Part shown: piece by piece, positions 24,541 to 39,340 of the stretch
Layout: each line of letters starts with the position of its first letter
Numbering within the stretch: the stretch's first letter is position 1
From: the human T2T-CHM13v2.0 reference genome, Homo sapiens
Strand: one strand, 5' to 3'
NCBI RefSeq assembly: GCF_009914755.1
Contig: NC_060947.1
Length of the DNA stretch: 64,000 nt
Program-made: the position numbers and the translations under genes
The notes under the pieces: generated by a model
What the model was told of the DNA's origin: nothing
Database searches by the model: none
The model's input: only the letters and a program-made list of their open reading frames with translations

Positions 24541-24892
24541 TCGGCCATAAAAAAGAACAAAGTAGTGTCTTTTGCAGCAACTTGGATAGAACCGGAGGCC
24601 ATTATCCTAAGCAAAGTAACTAAGGAACAGAAAACCTAATACTGCGTGTTCTCACATACAAGTAGGAGCTAAGCTGTGGATACAGAGGGGCATATAGAGT
24701 AGCATAGTGGACACTGGAGGCTCAGAAAGTGGGTGAGTGGGAAGGGGATGAGGGAGGTAAAATTAACTATTGGGTACAATGTACACTATTTGGGTGACAA
24801 GTACACTAAAAGTCCAGACTTCACCACTATACAATTTATTAATGTAACCAAAAACCACGTGTACTCCTAAACCTATTGAAATAATAAATGAA
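24159..24892 (+). mobile_element. LINE-1 3' region (L1PB3/4-like) with internal (TA)n at ~24504-24537
   Basis: GAGATACCACCTTATCCCAGTCAGAATGGCC; CACTAAAAGTCCAGACTTCACCACTATACAA. Confidence 0.88.
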
Positions 24893-25780
24893 TGAATGAG
24901 TAAAAGAAAGTAGTCTTATTTTAATGATGGAGTATGTGGAGCACAGAGACTGATTAACCTCATTTAAAAAAAATAAGTGCTCAATAAAATGACATCATCA
25001 TCATCATAATATTTTTATTGCAATTCTAATTTCATTAGTAGAAAATATCTACTTAATATACCCCAGACCATTCATACACACAAGAGATAGGTCTAGATGG
25101 GATGCCAAGTGGAACAATACAAGTGTTACTTTCTTAAGCTTCAAAAGTAAAAGGTTTTGGTCATTTAATATTTAAATATCAAACTACTCACATTTTGCAG
25201 CTGAAGTATTCTAATCCTGAAATAAGCAATGAGCTTCATTCTGGAATAAGAAGAAAATATATGAGAACTCTCTTACAAAAATAGCAATTCTACTGCTAAG
25301 AGAAAAAAAAAACATACTCTTGTTGCCAGTTCGTTTGCTGATAAGATGAAGTAGTTGAAAGAATGGTGGTTAAAGTTGCTAGTTGCTTTATCCAAATGAT
25401 GCTGAAACACTCTGCATCCCTTGCTCTACAGCATTAGGACTCCCTTGTCATGGATGTTAAATGACCCACACAACAGGAATTGCACTTTTGAATGTAGCAT
25501 TTGTATTGCCTGAGATAAAAGATGGGAGGCAACAGTGAATGGCTAAAAACTCTAAGCTATTATTAATATTAACAAGCTGATGTCAGGACGTGCACATAAA
25601 CCTTTCCATTTTACTTGATTTTCACAAAAATCAGAACATTACATTTATTTTGCATATTTATTTAGGTTGAAATTATCTTTTGTTCACCTGTTGATCTATG
25701 AAGAAAACAATACCCACACATTGTATCTCTGATTTTAAAGGTCCATAAATAATCTTATGGGATAAGTGTCATCAAATTAA

Positions 25781-26080
<300 letters not shown>

Positions 26081-26658
26081 AAATGAGCAAATTTTTAAAT
26101 AAGTTAGTTATTTCCTTTTCTAGAGCTCCAATTAATCTTCCACTGTCATTTTACAGCTTCCTATTTATCACAATTTTTATGGATAAAAACTTTCTCTGTC
26201 TTCCCTTAAAGATACTATAAAGATTTTTATGACCCCCACCCCCAATCTCTACCAGAGAGGGCCTTCAACACACATTCATCTGGGCTTTCAAGTAGTTGTC
26301 TTTGGCTGCGTTCTCCAACAAATGAACCCTGAGACAAGTAAGATATTGGGGAGGCAACCTCTAGAAGCACTGGTAGGGGAGAGGAGAAGGAAAACAGGAA
26401 AGGGAAAGGGGAGATCACTGGATAGATTGCTGCTATGAGCAGCTGGATATCACTCCAGCTTGAGACCTCTGGCGATGATCTAGAACATGTCTCTGAACCT
26501 GAGGGGCACAGAAATTAGCATATTCCTCATGTTAGTCATTGGCTGAGGGTGTTCCTTGAGGCTTAATTGCTTGGCACACATGGCCTGTCCAGTGCATGAA
26601 CAAGTCTGCTTCCATAGACAGAGAGTCCAGTATTTGCAGTAGAAAGCCTTTGAGAGTT

Positions 26659-27420
<762 letters not shown>

Positions 27421-28334
27421 GATACAACAATCTTGAATGGCCAGGGGATATGTGGGACTCCAACGGGTTTCCTTCCAAAGATAGCCATTGGGGGATAAAT
27501 GTGATTAGTTGGTCTTTGAATTCTTTATAGAAGGCAAAAGTAGGTGCTGCATAAATGACTGTTACTTTTATTCAATTAATAAAGACTGGCATTCTCCAGG
27601 TCTCCTGTAATGTTGAAAACCCCTAATACACATAATATCAAGGGGGATATCTGGTTGTTATTTTAGCATTAGACTTAAAATGTTTTGATGCCCAGGATCA
27701 CAGAGGAAAATAGAAAGCTACAATTTCTATTTCATGTCAGTTTTATGGGGAAACAAAAAGCCTCAAGACAATCACATCTTTTTTTTAGGGGCCCATCTAA
27801 TTTCAAGAAGTTTCATAGAAAAGCAAAAAAAAAAAATGTTTTCCTGGGGAACATTGCTGTTCTGATTATGTAAACAAAAACAGCAAGCATCCACACAAGT
27901 GTCGAGAAATATAGGGAGATGAAAGTCAGAGTAAAGATTTTGCCTGCCATGATGGCCTCCTGCAAGATGAGCCAATAGCTTCAAAATCTGGAAATCTTAA
28001 TTCTTGCTGAAAAGAATAAAGATGAATAAGCAGGAGGGGAAGAAACTGCAGCAGTCACCAACAAAAAGGGATAGCTATCCTTGCTGTTCTCTCTTTCCCT
28101 CCTTTCAAAAGGGGCTTTGAGAAAATTATTTCCATATTCTTTTTATGGTTCTAGAATAATATATTGAGTACTCTATTTCTGGAATAATTTATCTAGTGCT
28201 TCATATAAATGCAAGTCTTATGCTAGGTGTGTAAATTCGGAGGTGGGCAAGAATTGGGCTCTATTCTCAAGCTGATCAGTCCAGTTTGAGTAGATAAAGT
28301 TAAACAATTTCAGAACATTGTGATACTTCCTATT

Positions 28335-28853
28335 TGTGGAAAATTGAATTATTTGTCCCTAGTTTCTCACTCAACTGAAGTAGCATTATATACTCACACT
28401 CTTACTTCCCTGACCTCTTGACATTGGGTTTGGCCATGTGACTTGTTTTGGACAATTGGATGTTAGTGGCTATAATACAACCAGAGGCTTGAAATGTGTT
28501 TGCTCTATTGAGTTTGTCCTTTTGCAGTCTGGTGCATTGCCACAAGAAGGATATGCCCCACACAGTTACTGTTTCTTGATCCTGGGTATCTGAATGGGAC
28601 ATGTGGGGTTCACCCATGCTCTGGGTAGCCACTGGTCCAGGGAAGATACGACACATGTCAAACAAAACTGGATTCAACCTAGAGCCTAGATCTTGAGATC
28701 TGGAACCTAAAGCCTGGAACCTGGAGCCTGGATACCAGCCTAGCCCAGTCTAGTTGCACCCAAACCACAGAATTGTGAGCACTAGAACAAATGACTGTTG
28801 CTTAAAGGTATTGACTTTTGGGGTGGTTTGGTATGAAGCATTATTGTGATACA
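28335..28853 (+). mobile_element. MLT1H/I-like MaLR LTR
   Basis: GGGTTTGGCCATGTGACTTGTTTTGG; AGAGGCTTGAAATGTG; TTTTGGGGTGGTTTG..GCATTATTGTG. Confidence 0.7.
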
Positions 28854-29214
28854 CTATTATAGAAGCTGGGGATGGGGAACCCAGAAGGTGGAAGAAGGGA
28901 AGACTAGCGATCAGTACTTAGAGAAATCAAAATGGTAGCTGAGAAACAAAATGAAACACACAAAAATAGGAGAAAACATAAGAATCTTCCCATGGTAGTG
29001 CCCTCCCTTCCTTAAATAATAGAGCGCCAAATGAAGTCTTCCAAGAACTGGGTCATCCTGGAGACTGCAGACATAAAAGATGAGATGTGGTCCTGATCTG
29101 TGCCCCATGGGACCTCTCAGTGAGACCTCTTCTCTTCCACCTCTGCTCTGGGTCTCAAAAGGCCTTTTATAGAAATTAATTGGAAAGGAATCACAACCTA
29201 AAAAGCTCCACTTA

Positions 29215-29518
29215 GGCCGGGCATGGTGGCTTACGCCTGTAATCCCAGCACTTTGGGAGGCCAAGGTGGGGTGGGTCACCTGAGGTCAGGAGTTCGAGAC
29301 CAGCCTGGCTCACATGGAGAAACCCTGTCTCTACTAAAAATGCAAAAATTAGCCAGGTGTGGTGGCAAGCACCTGTAATCCCAGCCTCTTGGGAGGCTGA
29401 GGCAGGAGAATCACTTGAACCTCAGAGGCGGAGGTTGCAGTGAGACAACATCATGCCACTGCACTCCAGCCTGGGCAACAAGAGGGCAATTCCATCTCAA
29501 AAATTAAAAATAAATAAA
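29215..29518 (+). mobile_element. Full-length AluS (Sp/Sq-like)
   Basis: GGCCGGGCATGG start, CATGGAGAAACC, GGCAACAAGAG; perfect 16-bp TSD TAAAAAGCTCCACTTA at 29199-29214 and 29519-29534. Confidence 0.96.
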
Positions 29519-31505
29519 TAAAAAGCTCCACTTAAAGAAGCCAAAGGGCAGAGCTTTTTTTTTTTTTTATCGTTTAGTACCTGTATGTGATAATCTTCTC
29601 CTTGTGAAATTTGAAAAAATGACTCTAAATGACAAAACCAGTTTGCTACAGCAATACAAGTCCCAGCGTTAGGCACAGATACGGGATCATATTAATATGT
29701 TTTTGCTGCAATGAAAGCTTTTCAGTCACTGTAGTTCTCAGTAGCCTCATTTTAAAATGTGGAAACTAAGCTGGCAACCACTAACAGAAAAAATGCTATA
29801 GTCTTCTGACTGGATGTAATTTCAAAAAAAATCTGGAAATCTTTTTCTAAAAGCCCCTTAAATCATAGTATATAGGGGCCTATCATCCTTGTATAGTTTT
29901 TCTACTGATTAGATTTCTATATTTCAGTGAGACAAGTATATAAAACTACATCCCAGGTAATACTTTTGAAATACTCATCTCTGTCAAACCCACATTGCAA
30001 ATACATTAAAAAATGAGTAAAGATGTCTATGCTAAGGTCTACATGGAAATATGAGGATGGGAGAATACATGTGTATTCAAGTGAATGTATATGCTAGGAT
30101 CTCTGAAATATTGTTTCTGTCTTGAGTTGATTCCTTTCAAGCTTGAGTTACAGTTTGTGTGTATGTGCGATGCCCCTGAATTACTAGCTTGTATCATCTG
30201 AGCACAAGGTAGAGATTAAGAAGATGTCCTCTACACTTCCCCATGCACGCATACACACACGCAACTGGAAGGAAGTCAAAAAAGAGAGTGCTCCCAAAGG
30301 TCAGCGCAGTCAGCCCTGAAGAGGGAGGTCTCCTCCCTCACTACCTAACTATTCTGCATTTTCTGCTTTATCTTTCCCACTTTCACCTCCAAGCCCTGCA
30401 CCAGGGTCTGCAAGTTTATCAAGTGAATCACACCCCAGAAGCCCTGTCAAGGCTTGCCCTTTCTTATCAAGCCTCCTAGCTCAGACTTTGAAAGATGCAT
30501 AGTACACGCGGGTGGAGAAAAGGTCATTTTGAAAAGGGTTTTAATCAAATACGCCACACCAGTCACCTAGAGCCAAGTTGTTTTATGTGGGTGATTACAC
30601 AACCACTCTTCAGTTCTTTCTGTTTCTCTTTCTTTCAGTAACTTCTTTGTGGCTCCAATTGAGATCTTCAGAGTGAGCCTTCACTATTTAATCTAGCAGC
30701 TGACCACAAACCATGTCACAGGCAGAAAAACAGAAGCATAAGGACTAACTCATCCTGAATTAATGAAAACTCTTGGAGGAAAGGGTTTTTGGTGTGTGTG
30801 TGTGTGTTTTTAAAGATCTTACAAGGAAAGCAAAACTTCAAATCAAAAGAAAGCTGTTGTCAGCTATGAAGGCAGCACTGGCAAAGTTCAGGAGACTAGC
30901 TGAACTCATTTTAAGCAATTCAATATAAAGGTGACTCCTTTCTGCCCTTTCTCACTTGGTTTCCCTCCTTCTGAATGAAAGTGTCCCTACTGTGACAGGT
31001 GAGGACAGAGCTCTTGAGTTGAAATATCTGCAAATGGTCTGTGTGACCTTGGATAATTGTTTTGACAAACATGAGACCACATCTTTGTATGGTATAAGTT
31101 CATAAAGACCTGTTTCAACATAAGCAAATAGAAGCCAAAATATAAGGAACGCATTGTATGTGCAGGGTTTGTATCATTGGAAGGTCAGACCATGAAGAGG
31201 TGGATTTGGCCTTTAGTTGCTGACTCCCACCCCAACACCAGCCCCATTCCCCAGCCTTCTCTAGGAAGCCAGCTCCCTACCACACTCTCCCCATTCTTGC
31301 TCTCAGTAATTTCTCCCCATTTTTAAAAAAACATAAATCTATACAATTTGTCCTTAATTGAAATGAGCCAGAGTCTCCCCCCTCACTGCCTTCTTATTCT
31401 GCATTTTCTTCTTTTTGTTTCCCACTTCCAACTCTCATTTAAAACAATCCTGGTAGTGGCGAGGTATAGTAGAGCACCAGTTCCGAAGCCTCAATCTGAA
31501 TCTCA

Positions 31506-31524
31506 TCTCGCCACCTAGTGGCCA
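31506..31524 (-). promoter_or_regulatory. Candidate CTCF binding site
   Basis: Minus strand TGGCCACTAGGTGGCGAGA matches CCASYAGRKGGCR at all 13 positions. Confidence 0.7.
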
Positions 31525-31927
31525 CGTAACCCTTGGCAACACACCTTTGGAATTGCACTTTTTCAGTTGAAGTGCGGTGATAAACAATTTTGCAAAGAGG
31601 AGTATTTTATAATAAAGTGAAATAATACATGTGGAATTGTTTTGAAAATTATCTATTACTAATGTGAAGTTATGATAACTAGTAAGTCCCCTTTTTATTG
31701 GGAGTTTGGGTTGGGATTTTCTCTTACTTGAAAATATAAGCACCACAAACACAGCTTCTAATTGATATTCTGTTTAATCTTCTGCCCCTTCCACCCCTTC
31801 ATTCCATCTTCTGCCATCCAGGACTTAACTCAGATCAAGATTAACTCAGACCAAGATTCAGGAACAGAGCTAAGTCCTTAAGTGGCAAAGTCAAACCAGG
31901 AATTTGACTAACATGAAGAATTGGGAA

Positions 31928-31946
31928 GAACCACCTGGTGGCACTG
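31928..31946 (+). promoter_or_regulatory. Candidate CTCF binding site (weaker, quasi-palindromic core)
   Basis: GAACCACCTGGTGGCACTG; one deviation (A to T) from CCASYAGRKGGCRS. Confidence 0.45.
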
Positions 31947-33414
31947 AACCTCGTAGTAAATCCAAAGAAAAGGTAACTTTAAAGGATTCTGGAAGATGAA
32001 GCAACAGGCTGAGACAACAGGAATGGGAAAGAAAGTCTCAAACAGAGCTTTGCAGTGTGTCTGAGATCAGCCCCAAAGACCTTGTTTTCTTAAGGACATC
32101 TGACTGAAATGTATTTGGACTCAGCTGTGGATGTTCTGTAGAAGCAAGAAAAAAAAATGGTTTTTTTACTGAAGAAAAAGTACAATTCTGTAATCTTGTT
32201 CTGAATATGTTTTCTATCCTGAGATTCCTTGCCCATCAGGGAAATAGATTCTTGTACTTTGAACAGCTGCCTGAGAGTGGAATAGAAATTTTGTATAAAG
32301 CTGAGGCTCTGAGGAGACCTCAGGGACAGAGTTATATCCCCAAGGCTGTAGCTTTTATCAGTTTTTATCTCTTGTCTGGTGGTTACGGATGCAACTAGCT
32401 ATGAATACAAAAGGCTTCTGTTTGGACATACTCCTAGCATTTTCTCATAGAAGAATTTTCCCCAAAAAATAATGGCGATAGTGCTGACCACTCAAAAAGT
32501 CAGAATCTATCCACTTCTGGCCCTAACCATTCAATCACAAGTCAAAGGGGCATGCATCTGAAGATCTCCTCATATCACTCATACAATGTTCCTTGATAAT
32601 TTGGCACATGATCATTTTGGCCAAGTGAGTGGACTTGATTTTAAGGACACCAACACTACTGCCTGTTTCCATAGCCACGTACAAAGTGGCCCTGGTCTTC
32701 ATGCAGTTATAAGCACTTTGAAGTCATCTAGGCATTTCCCTTCCAGTGGGCTAGTAGTCAGGAATTAATTTGGCTTGTGGTCCATATGTTGGGAATATGT
32801 AGTTAGGAGTTAAATTTTATTGTGATCAGGGGACTGTAGCAAGTCATTTGCAAAAGAATTGAATTGTCTATCTTTCTTGGACAGAAGTAGAAATGTTTTT
32901 AGATAAAAATATGATTATGATTTATTTGGATACAAATTTCATTCTTTCTCTCTCTCTCTCTCACCAAGATATCCTGTTTAGTGTTCTAGCAATAACTGTA
33001 GTGTGTAAGCTCCCCCCAAACATGTGAGCTGACGGACTCTAAATCTCTCAAAAGTATTAACTTATTGATCCTTAAACATCCACATCCCATGCTAATTTTA
33101 ATTTGGTGTTATTTTAAATTAGCAATAAATTGACATATCTTTATACATATATATGCACAAAAAGGATAAATAGTATAACCAAATCAGCTAGTATTTTGCA
33201 GGCAATTTGTCTTGAGGCTGATGTTGGGATTAAGTTATAGCCAAATCAAGTAAAGATAAGAAGTACCAACCATCCAACCAATCTGCTCATCTCCTTTACA
33301 TAGTAAAGTAGCCTCAGGCCATCCAGGCATTTATTCAATAAATCTAGTGTCCCACACTAGAGGGGAGAAAATAGTGACCATTCTCAAGAAATGTACAGCC
33401 AAGCTGACAGCCTA

Positions 33415-33615
33415 AAGTGTGCCTCATCCGTAAAGTGGGGATAATACAACCTGCTTTAAGGTGTGTTGTGAAGGTAAAATAAAACAATATGAAATGTGAC
33501 TAAATGAAATAATATGAATACATAAAATAATGTGAAATATAAAAAATACTGTGAAATCTCATAAGTTATTAAACTTAACAAGCTTAACACTTAACAAGTG
33601 TTAGGCATCATTCCT
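33415..33615 (+). mobile_element. MIR fragment
   Basis: CCTCATCCGTAAAGTGGGGATAATAC. Confidence 0.65.
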
Positions 33616-34563
33616 GCCTGTGGGTGATGTTATGAAGAAATTTGGCTAGTGTTCCAGAATGGATTACAGATGGTGAGGTTAGAAACTTATTCTTGGCAAT
33701 GAGAATCTCCATTCGACTTGTTCCTGTGAAGCTGTGATAGCTATATTAGAAGTCAGTAGGTTAACATTATTTATACTAAAGGTAGTTGAGCTAGATGTAA
33801 ATGATTAGATGTAAAACTGACAAACAGACCAAAAAGGAACTAGAAAAGTACTAGAAGAGAACATAGGTGTATTTTTAATCATCTGGGGGTGGAGAAAGCA
33901 CTTCTAAATATGACACAAACTCTAGGGAGAAATATCTGAATAATGATAAATTTGCTTCTTTCAAATGTAACACTTCCACATATCCAAAAATTATAAATGC
34001 TAAAATAAAAATGGCAAACTAGGAAAAAATATTTGTTAACACATATAAGAGACAAAGTTCTTTCAAATCACAATGATAAAGATAACTAACTCAATAGATA
34101 AATTATCAAGGATGTGAACAATTCACAAAAGAAAAAAACTAAAGCCCAATAAACATTTGAAAATACGGTTAAACTCACTAGCAATTAATAAATTTCAAAC
34201 AACAATAAAGAAGTAGACATCCATATATCAAAAAGTTTGGCAAAGCTTAAATAAATTAATAATATCCAATGGAGGTTATGAGTGGTTTCCAAGAATATGG
34301 TTTCATCTGCACATATTCTTGGAAAAAATATAAATTCATATAACCTTTTATAGTTCAAGTTGGCAATGTATATAACCTCTCAGTGGTATAATCTTTTACC
34401 AAGAAATTATTCTTCTAGGCATTTATCCTAAAGTAATATTTGGAATGATACACAAACACATAGATTCTTGTGTATTCACTGCTACTGTAGTAGATAGAAT
34501 TGAGAATACTCCAAATGTCCACTAATAGAGATTTTGTTAAGTAAATTGTGGCACATCTATTTC

Positions 34564-34779
34564 CAGGGTTTCTCAACCTCAGCAATGCTGAACTCGTTTG
34601 TGAGGGCTGTCCTGTGCAGTGTAGGATGCTGAGCAACATCCCTGGCCCTCACTCATCAGTACCTTCTGCCCAGTTGTAACAACCAAAAATATCTCCAGAA
34701 GTTACCAACTGCCCCCTAGCGGGCAAAATCCCCGTCCCCACAACCCCAGCCCCTGGCCGCCGTAAATTAGGAATCACTA
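34564..34779 (-). mobile_element. MER20 hAT-Charlie element
   Basis: CAGGGTTTCTCAACCTCAGCA; GGGCTGTCCTGTGCAGTGTAGGATG; CAGTTGTAACAACCAAAAATATCTCCAGA. Confidence 0.9.
34707..34725 (-). promoter_or_regulatory. Candidate CTCF binding site inside MER20
   Basis: Minus strand TGCCCGCTAGGGGGCAGTT (core CCGCTAGGGGGCAG). Confidence 0.7.
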
Positions 34780-36339
34780 ATTTAAGTGAATATGATTCAG
34801 TCTTTAAAAAGAAGGTATCAGAGCCACACATATTGGCATGGAAAGATAAGCATGTCATATTGTGAAATTACATAAGTGATTGCTGCATATTGTGTACCGT
34901 ATAATTTGATTTGCATAAATAAAAATAATTTTGCATAATTATCTCTAGGGAAAAATCAGAGAGTCCTGGTAAATCATTGGTCAGCAGCGATGATCCTAAG
35001 CCTCTAATCATGGACATGGAGGAATGTCTGTGTTTGATGTGAACGCATCAGATATTCTCTGATTCTCAGGTTCTCTCCTCTCTACACAAGGGCATTCAAA
35101 TGGGCAAGGATTCATGAGGGAGACATTCAAAACATTACAGAGAATAATTTCATGAAAATATTCTACTTTTCAAAGGGATCTAACTTTGGCTTTAAGGCCA
35201 TTGTTTTTAAGCTTTTGCAAAATAGATTCATAATGATTTCTAGAAGAATTTTTGTAAGTGTGAAATTCCTTTTTCAGAACCCATCAACTGATATTTAGTT
35301 CACCCCTCACCCCTGCCTTTTCTCCAATCCTCTGGGCTTTTTTTCTGCTGTATTTACTTAGTATTTCTCTTTGTTGCATTTCATTCATTTTTGCACTGAC
35401 CTTTCTTTAAAACAAAGAAAATGCAACCTTGGAACCTCGGAAAGACAAGCCATTTAAAACATGAAGGTCTCTAGTGCTTTTCTCAGGTGCTGATATCTAT
35501 CTCGTAGACTACAGAGAAGAATAATTTTCCAGCCTTTCATTGTTTAAAAATAGGCAATGGTGATCAGAGTTTTTGGAATTTAAAATGTCTAGAGCTCAGA
35601 GAGTGATGGAGGTTGGGAAGCAAATATGAGTTGTCCTGCCTTATCTATCTTTAAATGAAAATAGAGAGGGTGACCACATTAGCTGTTGAATTCTCTAGGT
35701 CTTCAGTGTCAAATAAAATAATTTATTTGATTGAGAGATTTCTTTAACAGGAGGCCCCGTCTGTGATAGAAAGAACAAAATTAACTGTTATGCTTCATTT
35801 GTTTTCATTATCTACAAAACAGCATGTCTCTAAGATCAAACAGATTTCATTCTTTTCTTCTTAATGCAGCTTTGGCAAGTGTCTCTGAGGAGAGAAAAAT
35901 CTACTTTCTCTTGCAGGCCAAAGAGCCTGTAGGAAATAAGGTAAGGGGTGCACTGGATTAGGGATTTTAAAACACAAATTAGATAGCATGATCATATTTA
36001 AAGGATAAATTGTTCAATAGACATCACACAAACTTCTAGAAATGTCAAATGTAGGAAAGGCGTTCCTGGAAATGATGAAAGAATTAGGTTATTGGAAAGA
36101 GAAAGATTAGATGAAAACTAATTATGTGCAAACAAGGAAACCTATATTCTGTTGCGTTGAATGCTCTTTGTATAAGCAATTGAGAATGAGCTTCAGAGTT
36201 TTTTCTTCCAGTGGGCTCTATTATTTCATACCAGAAGCAACTTTAAATAATTCAAAAGTGAGTTAGAAGGTAACACACACATAGCAGATTTTTACTAAGA
36301 GTAGCTACCTTGCATAATAACCAGCCCTGGAGGGTCTCA

Positions 36340-37570
<1,231 letters not shown>

Positions 37571-37607
37571 TTTGTTTATTAACCTCACATCAACCTTTTT
37601 TCTGGAT

Positions 37608-38025
37608 TGTCTGTTGGTAGTCAGAACCATTCCCCCCTCACCTTAATCTGCTCTTTCCACAGGGGCTGGGGACCTGAAAACTACATTCTTCTGAGTCTCT
37701 TGCCTACTGTATTCCACTCCAGGTTCTGATAATGAGAATCAATGAGATTTAGAAGGCAAGAGCAAAGTAGAACCATCATTCCTTCTTGGTTGATGGCAGG
37801 CAGAATCACAGCACAGATGAGGTTTTGCAGCAGCTTCCTGCAATTCCTGACCTGGTCAGCACTGGCAACATCCTCAATCCATGAAACCTAGTGACAAGAC
37901 AGGGATCTAGTGTGCGTCTTCTCTGGCTCCTCCCACCTTTCTAATTGTTTTGTAATACTCAATCCTTGCATTAAATTCCTTGAATACCTAGAGTGGTTTC
38001 TGCTTTCCTTACAGAATCCTAATAC
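37608..38025 (+). mobile_element. ERVL LTR (LTR33/LTR41-like)
   Basis: GGGGCTGGGGACCTGAAAACTACATT; 3' end ATTAAATTCC..AATACCTAGAGTGGTTTCTG..TAATACA. Confidence 0.6.
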
Positions 38026-38529
38026 ACTGCCTCTGTAAAATGTAATAACTTTGAGGGAAGCTACTTTATCTTTTTCACTCTCAAATCCTTCCCCTTCTCA
38101 GCCTGGCTCTGTGACCCTGGAGAGTCTGTGCTCTCTTGCCAACTGGTTTCCACTGAGTACAGCCAAAGTAAGGCACTGCAGAAACATCAAAAAGTGGGAG
38201 ATACTTCTTATTTCCTTCCCACTTTTCAGTGTCAATAATAAGATTGAAGTTTTCATGGCAGAGGAATGTTCTTCTCTTTTTAACTATATTTTTCTTCACC
38301 ATTATTTCTGATCATTCTTTCTTACGTTTCTAGTAAATGGCTATGCGTAGCCTCTTTTTTTTTTTTTCTGTTTCGCTTATTTTTCCTCTCAAAATGTCCA
38401 TCTTTTTTTTCTTTTAAACTTTCTCTTCCAGGAAAAGTCCACAATTTTGTCTTCTAAATTACACATTTTCTTTTTAGTCATGTCCAATGTCAAGAGAAAT
38501 TCTAATAAGTACTTTAAATGATTAGTTAT

Positions 38530-39340
38530 ATTTTTAAATATAACTTTTAAAACTATACATATTTGATGTATACAACTTGATGAGTTTGAACATATACATA
38601 TGCCTGTGCTTATGAAACCATCACCACAGTCAAGATACTAGACATATTCATCACCTCCAAAAGTTGCCTTGTTTCCCCATTCCCTTTTTTTGCCGGTGGT
38701 AAGAGCACTTAACTTGAGCTCTACCCTCTTAGATTTTTAACTGTATAGCACAGTATAGTTAACTCTAGGCACAAGGTTGTACAACAGTTCTCCAGAACAT
38801 ATTCATCTTGCATAACTGAAACTTTATGCCTATTGAACAACAACTTCCCATTTCCCTCTACCCCACCCTTTGACAACCACTAATATACTCTCTGCTTCTA
38901 TGAGTTTAACTGTTTTAGAGATTTCATATAAATGGTGTTATGCAGTATTTGTTCTTCTGTGACTGGCTTATTTCACTTAGCATAATGTCCTCAACATGGA
39001 TAATGTTCATGTTGAGGATAATGGATAATTATTCATGTTGTCACATATGGCAGGATTTACTTATATTTTAAGGCTAAATAGTATCCCACTGTATGTGTGT
39101 GTGTGTGTGTGTGTGTATGTATATATATATATATATATATGTGTATATATGTGTATATATATATATATACACATATATATATATCACATTTTCTTTACCC
39201 ATTCATCCATCAATGGATATTTAGGTTGTTTCCCTATCTTGGCTACTGCGAATTATGCTGCAATGAACATGGGAGTGCAGATATTTTTTTGAGGTCCAGA
39301 TTTCAGTTCTTTTAAACCTATACCCAGAAGGAGGGTTACA
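38530..39340 (-). mobile_element. LINE-1 3' end (L1MA9/10-like) with (TG)n(TA)n at ~39092-39184
   Basis: GAAACCATCACCACAGTCAAG; ATTCATCTTGCATAACTGAAACTT; GCTGCAATGAACATGGGAGTGCAG. Confidence 0.88.

Larger units (their letters stand above)
33790..34950 (+). mobile_element. LINE-1 (L1ME-like), degraded ORF2 end and 3' UTR, interrupted by MER20
   Basis: CTAGAAGAGAACATAGG; CTTCTAGGCATTTATCCTAA; AAATGTCCACTAATAG. Confidence 0.7.

Noticed and set aside
33349-33368. Fourth CTCF-like word (ACACTAGAGGGGAG)
   Set aside because: It has two mismatches at informative core positions, including the conserved C of GGC.
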